A program made the position numbers and the translations under genes. Below, piece after piece: positions 38,011 through 45,684 of a DNA stretch of 64,000 bases. Each line of letters starts with the position of its first letter. Positions within the stretch are counted from its first letter, which is position 1. Below the pieces are notes generated by a model. That model saw nothing but the letters and a program-made list of their open reading frames with translations, ran no database searches and was not told where the DNA came from. Source of the stretch: Bacteroidota bacterium (GTDB lineage: Bacteria; Bacteroidota; Bacteroidia; Bacteroidales; VadinHA17). The stretch spans positions 152 to 64,151 of the forward strand of contig JAKQPD010000406.1 in NCBI GenBank assembly GCA_029564935.1. Direction: 5' to 3'.

Positions 38011-38420
38011 AATATCTTTGTAAAGTTTGCAGAGGTCATCTCAATGTAAAGACCTCTATTATCCTTACTGCTACCAACCTTGCTGATCGTTCACAGAAGG
38101 GATTGGTTTATCTGAATCCCGAGATCGGGAACTACACTCATACCACCCACCCTACATTCAGTATAAAAGAGGGAGAGGAATACATCTTCACCTGTCCAAT
38201 TTGCGGAGCACAGCTGAACAGCATGAAGTATCTTCACCTTGTCAGGATTCTGATGAAGGATGATGAAGGCAAGGAATTCAATATTTACTTTTCAGGGATC
38301 GGGGGTGAGAAGTGCACATACAAGATCCGGGGTAACAAGATTGAAGCCCGCACAGGACCTGACGTAAAAGCATACGACAAGTATTTCGAAGTTCCCGACG
38401 AGGACAGAAAATATCTGTAG
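38001..38420 (+). CDS. Unknown Zn-ribbon protein, last gene of the hydrogenase operon
   Basis: 139 aa. Two CxxC pairs (CKVCRGH, CPICGAQ). The start overlaps the protease gene by 10 nt. Confidence 0.6.
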   Translation: MAVEYLCKVCRGHLNVKTSIILTATNLADRSQKGLVYLNPEIGNYTHTTHPTFSIKEGEEYIFTCPICGAQLNSMKYLHLVRILMKDDEGKEFNIYFSGIGGEKCTYKIRGNKIEARTGPDVKAYDKYFEVPDEDRKYL

Positions 38421-38454
38421 GGCCATTCCATGGAATGGCCAGAAGACATTTTTG
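38421..38454 (+). terminator. Candidate operon terminator: perfect 20-bp palindrome GGCCATTCCATGGAATGGCC
   Basis: The palindrome begins on the base after the stop codon. The T-run (TTTTTG) begins 10 nt after the stem, so it is atypical. Confidence 0.45.
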
Positions 38455-38544
38455 TAACAAGTTTGCAGGTATTTTTCATTTTTTTCTGTAAACATAAAAT
38501 CCTATTTTTACCGCCATTAAACTAATAATGGTAAAATCCTTGTT

Positions 38545-40587
38545 ATGAATATTGATATCAATAAACTTGCAGCCGACAATATCAGGATCCTTTCAATGGC
38601 GATGGTAGAGAAGGCCAGATCGGGGCATCCCGGAGGTGCCATGGGAGGAGCGGATTTCATTCATATCCTTTTCTCTGAATTCCTGAGTTTTGATCCTGGT
38701 GATCCTTCATGGATAAACCGCGACAGGTTTTTCCTTGATCCGGGACATATGTCTCCAATGCTCTATTCTGTTCTTACCCTTACGGGCCATTTCAATGCTG
38801 AAGAGCTTAAGCAATTCCGTCAATGGGGAAGTCCCACCCCGGGGCATCCCGAACTCGATATTATGAGAGGTGTGGAGAACACATCAGGTCCTTTAGGGCA
38901 GGGACACACGATGGCGGTGGGTGCTGCAATAGCTGAAAGATTCCTTGTTGCAAGGTTCGGTGATCTTTTTTCACATAAGACATTTGCATTCATTTCCGAC
39001 GGAGGTGTCCAGGAAGAAATATCCCAGGGAGCCGGAAGGCTTGCAGGTCATCTTGGGCTCAGCAATCTGATAATGTTTTATGATTCAAATGATATTCAGC
39101 TTTCAACTGAAACAAAATCTGTAACATCGGAAGATACGGCAAAGAAGTATTCATCATGGGGCTGGGAAGTAATTACTATTGACGGTAATGACCAGAACCA
39201 GATCAGAAAGGCTCTTGGTGAGGCTGTAAAATCAAAGGACAAGCCTGTAATTATTATTGGAAAAACTGTAATGGGTAAAGGACTTGTCGATAATGAGGGC
39301 AATAGTTTTGAAAGGAAAACATCCACACATGGGATGCCTGTCAGTGAAGCCGGAGGTTCCTTTGAAAAATCACTTGTAAATCTCGGAGGCGATATGACAT
39401 ATCCTTTCAGAGTATTCCCCGGGGTAAGAGAACATTACGATAAAGTTCTTGAAGGAAAGCGTAAAGCTGCTTCAGAATGGAAGAAGAAAAAAGCTGAATG
39501 GGCAGCCATAAACAGTGAATCTGACCAAAAGCTTCAGATGTTCTATTCAGGCAATATTCCTGAAATAGATTTCCGGGCTATCCAGCAGAAGGAAGGATCA
39601 GCTACCAGGGCAGCATCAGCTGCCGTACTTGGAGTACTGGCAAAGAAAGTCGAAAATATGATCGTCGCTTCAGCCGATCTTTCAAACTCTGATAAAACAG
39701 ACGGATTCCTTAAGAATACAAAACCGTTTACAAGGGGTGATTTTTCCGGAGCATTTCTTCAGGCAGGGGTTTCAGAGCTTACAATGGCTGCAGTTATGAA
39801 CGGAATGGCTCTTCACGGAGGTATTATCCCTGCATGCGGTACATTCTTTGTCTTCTCCGACTACATGAAACCGGCTGTCCGTCTTGCTTGTCTGATGGAA
39901 CTGCCTGTACGATATATCTGGACACATGATGCGTTCCGTGTAGGTGAGGACGGCCCTACACATCAGCCTGTAGAGCAGGAAGCACAGATAAGGCTCATGG
40001 AACACCTTAAAAACCATCATGGGAAGAACAGCATGCTTGTATTGAGGCCTGCCGATGCAATCGAAACAACCGTCGCCTGGAAACTAGCCCTGGAAAATAC
40101 AAATACACCTACAGCCCTTATTTTATCGCGACAAAATATTAAGGATCTCCCTTCAGCCTCAGGTAACAGATATAATGATGCCCTGAAATCAGAATCCGGG
40201 GCGTATATTGTTTCCGACTGCGAGGGGAAACCTGATATTATTCTGGTTGCAAGCGGATCTGAAGTATCAACACTTGCCGAAGGAGCTGTTCTGCTGAAAA
40301 ATGACGGACTTAAAATAAGGATCATTTCTGCTCCGTCTGAAGGATTATTCAGGGGACAGAATGATGATTACAGAAAATCGGTAATACCGGATGACATTCC
40401 GGTATTCGGACTTACAGCAGGATTATCAGTCACACTTCAGGGTCTGGTTGGTGCCGGAGGTAAAATATGGGGCGTGAATACATTCGGATATTCCGCACCT
40501 TATAAAGTGCTGGACGAAAAGCTCGGATTTACAGGAGAGAATGTTTACCGTCAGGTTAAGGATTACCTGGCTCAATATAAAAAGTAA
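38545..40587 (+). CDS. tkt: Transketolase
   Basis: RSGHPGGAMGGADF, GPLGQGH and ISDGGVQEEIS (in place of the usual GDG-type TPP-binding motif). 680 aa. Confidence 0.95.
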   Translation: MNIDINKLAADNIRILSMAMVEKARSGHPGGAMGGADFIHILFSEFLSFDPGDPSWINRDRFFLDPGHMSPMLYSVLTLTGHFNAEELKQFRQWGSPTPGHPELDIMRGVENTSGPLGQGHTMAVGAAIAERFLVARFGDLFSHKTFAFISDGGVQEEISQGAGRLAGHLGLSNLIMFYDSNDIQLSTETKSVTSEDTAKKYSSWGWEVITIDGNDQNQIRKALGEAVKSKDKPVIIIGKTVMGKGLVDNEGNSFERKTSTHGMPVSEAGGSFEKSLVNLGGDMTYPFRVFPGVREHYDKVLEGKRKAASEWKKKKAEWAAINSESDQKLQMFYSGNIPEIDFRAIQQKEGSATRAASAAVLGVLAKKVENMIVASADLSNSDKTDGFLKNTKPFTRGDFSGAFLQAGVSELTMAAVMNGMALHGGIIPACGTFFVFSDYMKPAVRLACLMELPVRYIWTHDAFRVGEDGPTHQPVEQEAQIRLMEHLKNHHGKNSMLVLRPADAIETTVAWKLALENTNTPTALILSRQNIKDLPSASGNRYNDALKSESGAYIVSDCEGKPDIILVASGSEVSTLAEGAVLLKNDGLKIRIISAPSEGLFRGQNDDYRKSVIPDDIPVFGLTAGLSVTLQGLVGAGGKIWGVNTFGYSAPYKVLDEKLGFTGENVYRQVKDYLAQYKK

Positions 40588-40605
40588 ACATTATGATCAT
40601 TCGTG

Positions 40606-40637
40606 AAAGGCCGCCTCATCAGCGGCCTTTCTTATTT
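40606..40637 (+). terminator. Rho-independent terminator
   Basis: Stem AAAGGCCGC/GCGGCCTTT with a 7-nt loop, followed by CTTATTTG. Confidence 0.7.
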
Positions 40638-40723
40638 GTGGGGAAATACTTTTTTTTGTCGCTGTTTTATAGTAAATTCGGTCGTGAAATTCAGGTCAGC
40701 AACATTTAATACAGCTCATTAGC

Positions 40724-41791
40724 ATGAAAAAAGCAATACTCCTCTCCTTCCTGCTGTCAGTGATCAGCACAATTACATCATTCGGCCAGCTGGATTCCCT
40801 CAACATGAAATATGCAGTATCAGATACTGTGAGGGATGACATAATACTCTTCGACAGGGATGATCTTATGGAAATATCCCTCAGGTTCGACATAACCCAT
40901 TACAGGAGAAAAAAAGATGAAAGCCAGTATTTTGATGCAACCCTTATTTATCATACAAGCCCTTCGGATTCAATTGTAAAAACCCTGAAGCTAAGGCCAA
41001 GGGGAATATCGCGGCTGTCAATCTGCGACTTCCCTCCTATTATGCTCAACTTCAAAAAACAGGATTCTGTCGGCGGTGAGTTCAGTAAAATTGACAAAAT
41101 AAAAATGGTAACCCACTGCAGCGCGGGAGGTGAAGATTATCTTCTCAAGGAATTCCTGGTATACAAAATGTTCAATGTACTTACAGAATACAGTTTCAGG
41201 GTCAGACTTGTTAGGGTCAATTATATTAATACTTTCAAAGAGAGTAAACCGATAAGGGAGTTTGCTTTCCTTATTGAACCCGTCAAGTCCCTTGAAAAAC
41301 GTACAAACAGTAAAGAGATCGATTCCGCTCATGTTACACAGAAGCATATCAGAAGACAGGTGATGGACAGGATGGCCATTTTCAATTATATGATCGGAAA
41401 TACCGACTGGTCAGTTCCGATAAGGCATAATACGCTTACTATAGCCCAGGGACAATACGGCGGTTTGGAATCGGGCATCATTATCCCGTATGATTTTGAT
41501 TATTCAGGACTGGTAAATACTGATTATGCAATTCCTTTTGAAGGTCTGGGGCTTGAGTCGGTGAGGGAACGAAAATACCTCGGTGTATGCAGGTCAGAAT
41601 CGGAATTCCTTGAAGCACTGGCAGAATTCCGTGATAAAAAAGAGGAAATCTATAAAGTGATCAATGATTTCGAGTATCTTGATGCAAGAAATAAAAAAGA
41701 AATGATAAATTACCTTGAAGGTTTCTACAAAAGTTTTGATAAACGCAATTCCATTGTTTTTCAGCTACTTAAAGATTGTCTCGAATTTTAA
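40724..41791 (+). CDS. Secreted hypothetical protein
   Basis: 355 aa with a signal peptide (TSFGQ). Contains NYMIGNTDWS...RHN...PYDFDYSG. Family not recognised. Confidence 0.6.
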   Translation: MKKAILLSFLLSVISTITSFGQLDSLNMKYAVSDTVRDDIILFDRDDLMEISLRFDITHYRRKKDESQYFDATLIYHTSPSDSIVKTLKLRPRGISRLSICDFPPIMLNFKKQDSVGGEFSKIDKIKMVTHCSAGGEDYLLKEFLVYKMFNVLTEYSFRVRLVRVNYINTFKESKPIREFAFLIEPVKSLEKRTNSKEIDSAHVTQKHIRRQVMDRMAIFNYMIGNTDWSVPIRHNTLTIAQGQYGGLESGIIIPYDFDYSGLVNTDYAIPFEGLGLESVRERKYLGVCRSESEFLEALAEFRDKKEEIYKVINDFEYLDARNKKEMINYLEGFYKSFDKRNSIVFQLLKDCLEF

Positions 41792-41883
41792 CCCGGTTAA
41801 CTGAACTTATGTCGCTTTAAAACTCGCACTGGAACATACTCTTCTCAATATACCAATCTTTCAGATATTTAATATTAATTTAT

Positions 41884-41891
41884 TATTTTTG
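41884..41891 (+). promoter_or_regulatory. Candidate -7 promoter box (TATTTTTG, followed by CGC)
   Basis: Matches TAnnTTTG, 15 nt before the 41906 ATG. This implies a very short leader. Confidence 0.25.
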
Positions 41892-41905
41892 CGCCTTGTT
41901 TTGAA

Positions 41906-42508
41906 ATGATGCTATACGATATTCAACAGGGAGTAAAGGGGCTTATATTTGATCTGGACGGTACACTTGCAGATACAATGCCGTATCATTTTCAGGGATG
42001 GAAGAAAGCCTGTGAAAAGTTTGGTGCACATATAGATACCAGTTTTCTGAGGAAACATACCGGCAGTCCCGGATGGATAATTGCCAAAGAAATAATCACG
42101 GACTGCGGACTCAACGGAAGTGTTACAATTGAAGAGATAATGAGTGAGAAGCTCAAAGAGTTTTTCAGGCTTCAGCATCTTGTAAAACCCATTACTCCGG
42201 TCACTGATATAGTAAAGAAATACCATCTTAAGCTGCCGATGGCGGTAGGCACGGGCGGACACAGGGAAGCGGTTGAACGGACGCTTGAGATCACTGGTCT
42301 GCGACAGTATTTTGATATTGTTGTAACAGCAAATGATGTAAACGCATTCAAGCCGGATCCGGAGACCTTCCTGAAATGTGCCAGGCTGATGAATGTCGAA
42401 CCCCGGTTCATTGAAGTCTTCGAAGACGCAGAACTTGGTATCCAGGCTGCCCGCAATGCCGGTATGATGGTTACCGATGTACGGTCGTGGTACGACTCAA
42501 ACTGGTAA
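41906..42508 (+). CDS. HAD-superfamily hydrolase (beta-phosphoglucomutase-like subfamily IA)
   Basis: LIFDLDGTLADT (motif I), VGTGG, KPDPETF and FEDAELGIQAA. Confidence 0.85.
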   Translation: MMLYDIQQGVKGLIFDLDGTLADTMPYHFQGWKKACEKFGAHIDTSFLRKHTGSPGWIIAKEIITDCGLNGSVTIEEIMSEKLKEFFRLQHLVKPITPVTDIVKKYHLKLPMAVGTGGHREAVERTLEITGLRQYFDIVVTANDVNAFKPDPETFLKCARLMNVEPRFIEVFEDAELGIQAARNAGMMVTDVRSWYDSNW

Positions 42509-42600
42509 GGCGCAGGGCTCAGGGCTCAGAGCTCAGAGCTCAGGACCCAGGGCAAAGAGCGAAGGGCGAAGAAAGAGCGGTGAGCCGTGAGCGCTGAGCC
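42509..42600. repeat. Degenerate tandem 7-bp array (GGCTCAG-type, about 13 units)
   Basis: ggcgcag ggctcag ggctcag agctcag agctcag gacccag ggcaaag agcgaag ggcgaag aaagagc ggtgagc cgtgagc gctgagc. Confidence 0.9.
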
Positions 42601-42610
42601 ATTGCAAATC

Positions 42611-43519
42611 TCAAATCAAAATTTTTGTCTGAATATTTATAAGACTTGTCTTAATATCACCGAAAGGATTATTGTCCCTGCTGAGATCCTGTTCAACAAC
42701 CATATATTTCATCCCTGCGGTTTCTTTCACGGCAAGCAACCTTTTAAAATCTATTACACCGGCACCTACGGGAGCAAAATCCTGAACTCCCACGGTTGTG
42801 AAGAAGGGAGCCTCTTTGGTGAACATGTCCTTCATATGGTATAATTCAAACCTTCCCGGATATTTCTTTATGATCTCAACGGGATCCTGACCTGCCTTTG
42901 TGGTCCAGAAGATATCAATCTCCATAGTAACAAGGTCCTTATCCAGTTCCTTCATGAAAACATCAAAATACGGGATCTTTCCTTCAACCGTGTCAAACTC
43001 GAAATTATGATTATGATAGCCGAACTTTATCCCATGCTGTTTCATAATCTCTCCTACCTTATTCCAGTCGGCAGCCATCTTCTGATAACTTGCAATTGTT
43101 GTCCGGGCTTCTTCGACCACCCACGGCTGAATACAATATTTGACCCCAAGCTTTGCATGGTCTTCAGCCATTTTCTGAGCATTTTCAAGAGTTATACCCT
43201 GTGCTTCAACCTGGGTATGACTGCTTAGAATTTCCATACCAAGATCATTGACAAGCTTTTTGAACTCGACGGGTTCATAACCGTAGAACTTACCATCGGC
43301 ATAACCGGCAAGCTCCAGGTATTTATAACCAATTTCAGCTACCTTTTTTAGCGATCCCGCAGGATCTGCTGTCATCGCATCCCGGATAGTATATAGCTGA
43401 AGACCTATTCCCGGGATCTTTTTACTGCAGGAATAGTTCGATAATAAAAAGGCACCTGCCGTACCGGCTGCTGCCATCTTTACGAAATCTCTTCTTGAAT
43501 GTAAATTTCTCATGGTCAT
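42611..43519 (-). CDS. TAT-exported sugar-phosphate isomerase/epimerase (xylose-isomerase-like TIM barrel)
   Basis: Twin-arginine leader SRRDFVKMAAAGTAGA. Typical GYKYLEL ... FGYHNHNFEF ... EQD pattern. Confidence 0.8.
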   Translation of the reverse strand: MTMRNLHSRRDFVKMAAAGTAGAFLLSNYSCSKKIPGIGLQLYTIRDAMTADPAGSLKKVAEIGYKYLELAGYADGKFYGYEPVEFKKLVNDLGMEILSSHTQVEAQGITLENAQKMAEDHAKLGVKYCIQPWVVEEARTTIASYQKMAADWNKVGEIMKQHGIKFGYHNHNFEFDTVEGKIPYFDVFMKELDKDLVTMEIDIFWTTKAGQDPVEIIKKYPGRFELYHMKDMFTKEAPFFTTVGVQDFAPVGAGVIDFKRLLAVKETAGMKYMVVEQDLSRDNNPFGDIKTSLINIQTKILI

Positions 43520-43589
43520 AAATATTTATTAGTATGTTTGTTATTGTTTACGATAAATCAGGTAATAAAAATAATACAATACTCTCAAA

Positions 43590-43597
43590 TAATTTTG
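43590..43597 (+). promoter_or_regulatory. Candidate -7 promoter box (TAATTTTG, followed by CG)
   Basis: Matches TAnnTTTG, 29 nt upstream of the heptamer array. The array would therefore lie in the transcribed leader. Confidence 0.3.
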
Positions 43598-43625
43598 CGT
43601 TGGCAGGAATTTTATTTAATATTCC

Positions 43626-43702
43626 GGCGTGCGGCGTGAGGCGTGAGGCGTGAGGCGTGAGGCGTGCGGCGTGAGGCGTGCGGCGTGAGGCGTGAGGCGT
43701 GA
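43626..43702. repeat. Tandem 7-bp array (GGCGTGM) x11
   Basis: 11 contiguous units: 8 GGCGTGA and 3 GGCGTGC. There is a TGA in every reading frame on the plus strand. Confidence 0.97.
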
Positions 43703-44391
43703 GGTCGCCGGAAGCCGGAATAAAAATTGAAGCTTTGAATAAAATCGTAACAACAGGCGACGGATCTCATACGATCTATGTTCCTGAGATTAATGAGCAC
43801 TATCATTCAATTCATGGTGCAGTACAGGAATCGGAATTTATTTTCATAAAAAACGGCCTGGACCTCTGTAATACCGACCCGGTTTGCATTTTTGAAGTTG
43901 GTTTCGGGACTGGTCTGAATGCGCTCCTTACTTCAGTAAAAGCTTTCGGACAACGCAGATCTGTTTTTTATACTGCCATAGAGAAGGATCCTCTTGATGA
44001 AAATACAATCAGTTTACTGAACCACCATAATTTTGCCGGTGAAAACGGGAAGGAAATCTTTGAACGGATACATGGTGCCGGATGGGGCGTTATGAGTCGT
44101 ATTTCGCCTTATTTCAGCATCCATAAGATCAAAGGGGATATGCTCACTGAAAAGATAACCGGAAATTATGATCTGATATATTTCGATGCCTTTGGTCCGG
44201 ATAAGCAACCGGGAATTTGGGCCAGGGAAATTCTGGCAAAAATATCGGAAGCAACTGTAAAGGGAGGGATTTTTGTGACCTATTCCTCAAAGGGTGAAGT
44301 GAAGCGTAACCTTAATGCATGCGGTTTCAAAGTAAATGTGACTGAAGGTCCTCCCGGAAAGAGACATATTATCCGGGCAATAAAAATCTGA
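43699..44391 (+). CDS. tRNA mnm5s2U34 methyltransferase-like protein (MnmC methyltransferase-domain / MnmD family)
   Basis: DGSHTIY, HSIHGA, FEVGFGTGLN and YFDAFGPDKQPGIW. The only canonical start (GTG at 43699) lies in the last heptamer unit. TTG at 43735 is an alternative. Confidence 0.8.
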   Translation: MRSPEAGIKIEALNKIVTTGDGSHTIYVPEINEHYHSIHGAVQESEFIFIKNGLDLCNTDPVCIFEVGFGTGLNALLTSVKAFGQRRSVFYTAIEKDPLDENTISLLNHHNFAGENGKEIFERIHGAGWGVMSRISPYFSIHKIKGDMLTEKITGNYDLIYFDAFGPDKQPGIWAREILAKISEATVKGGIFVTYSSKGEVKRNLNACGFKVNVTEGPPGKRHIIRAIKI

Positions 44392-44430
44392 AAAAAAGTA
44401 AGCAATCCTTTTTTACAAGGCTCAAAGTAT

Positions 44431-44438
44431 TATCTTTG
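44431..44438 (+). promoter_or_regulatory. Candidate -7 promoter box (TATCTTTG, followed by CGC)
   Basis: Matches TAnnTTTG, 30 nt upstream of the FKBP gene start. Confidence 0.4.
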
Positions 44439-44467
44439 CGCAAACTTAAATTAAAAAATTATCTAAA

Positions 44468-45181
44468 ATGAAAATCAGGGGAATAGTTGTTCCAATTTTA
44501 TTGACTGCCATAATGATGGGATCATGCGGCAAAAATGCAATTCAGGGTTCAAAGCTTAAAACAAAAGAAGATTCTCTTTCATACGCTTTTGGCATAGTAA
44601 ACTACAATGCACTTTTAACAGATAGTCTGAAGCTTAATCCGATGGTCGTTGCAAAAGCAATGTCTGATGGAGAAAAAGGCAAACCGGAAATGTCGGACGA
44701 GGTTGCAAGAGGATTTATAATGATGTTTTTAAACCAACGTGAAACTGAAATGATGGCAAAACAGGCAGAACTTAACAAGGAGACATACAAAGTCTATATT
44801 GCTGAGAATGCAGCATTCCTTGCTAAAAACAAAGAAAAGACAGGAGTTATTGTTACCCCCAGTGGATTACAATACGAAGTCATTAAGATGGGAAGCGGTC
44901 CCAAACCGACAGCTGAAAATGAGGTAAAAGTTCACTATACGGGAACTCTGATCGACGGGACAGAATTTGATTCATCGGTTAAAAGAGGCGAACCTGCCCA
45001 GTTCATGGTGTCGGGTGTAATTCCGGGCTGGACTGAAGCATTACAGCTGATGCCTGTCGGATCAAAATTCAAGCTCTATCTTCCTGAGAATATAGCTTAT
45101 GGCGCTAATGGCGCAGGTGAGATGATCAAACCATTCTCAACCCTTATATTTGAAGTTGAACTTCTTGATATTCTTAATTAA
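44468..45181 (+). CDS. FKBP-type peptidyl-prolyl cis-trans isomerase (FkpA/FklB-like, lipoprotein)
   Basis: Lipobox MGSC. GLQYEVIKMGSG...VKVHYTGTLIDGTEFDSS...IPGWTEAL...L(I)FEVELL. Confidence 0.9.
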   Translation: MKIRGIVVPILLTAIMMGSCGKNAIQGSKLKTKEDSLSYAFGIVNYNALLTDSLKLNPMVVAKAMSDGEKGKPEMSDEVARGFIMMFLNQRETEMMAKQAELNKETYKVYIAENAAFLAKNKEKTGVIVTPSGLQYEVIKMGSGPKPTAENEVKVHYTGTLIDGTEFDSSVKRGEPAQFMVSGVIPGWTEALQLMPVGSKFKLYLPENIAYGANGAGEMIKPFSTLIFEVELLDILN

Positions 45182-45210
45182 GAGATCATTCATTAAAAAT
45201 ACTTACCAGG

Positions 45211-45591
45211 ATGGCATTTGAAATAAGCGGTAAAGTCATTGAGATTTTACCTGTTAATCAGGTAAGCGATAAATTCCGTAAACGCGAATTTATTATCGAG
45301 AGGAAAGAGTCGGGCGGAGCCGCCCTGTTCATCGATTATATAAAATTCCAGCTTGTGCAGGATAAATGTGACCTTATAAATGAGTCGTTCCTGAATGATG
45401 AAGTTAAGGTCACCTTCAATATTAAAGGCAACAGGTGGGAACGGGATGGTAAAGTAAACTATTTTACAAACCTCGATGCCTGGAAGATAGAGCGGGTGTC
45501 AACTGCGGAAAAACCCCAGGGCGCTCCTCCGCAGCCTAAACTTGAGGACCTTCCACCGGATATTGACGACCTGAGCGATCTGCCGTTCTGA
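45211..45591 (+). CDS. DUF3127-family protein
   Basis: MAFEISGKVIEILPVNQVSDKFRKREFIIE, typical of the Bacteroidota DUF3127 family. Acidic/proline-rich tail. Confidence 0.7.
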   Translation: MAFEISGKVIEILPVNQVSDKFRKREFIIERKESGGAALFIDYIKFQLVQDKCDLINESFLNDEVKVTFNIKGNRWERDGKVNYFTNLDAWKIERVSTAEKPQGAPPQPKLEDLPPDIDDLSDLPF

Positions 45592-45600
45592 AAGGAATAT

Positions 45601-45633
45601 GAGACTGGACCGGAAATTCAGTCTCTTTTTTTT
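45601..45633 (+). terminator. Rho-independent terminator
   Basis: Stem GAGACTG/CAGTCTC with an 11-nt loop, followed by T8. Confidence 0.75.
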
Positions 45634-45684
45634 ATCTTTAAAGCTTATAATCCTGTTGGAAATTGAAAGCATCATCCTGTTTAA

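Noticed and set aside
43612-43806. ORF 43612-43806 (minus strand, ...PHASRLTPHASRRTPHASRLTPHAARR...), plus ORF 42587-42844 and ORF 48245-48475.
   Set aside because: They read through the heptamer or AT-rich repeat arrays or overlap real genes. The repetitive peptide is a by-product of the DNA repeat.
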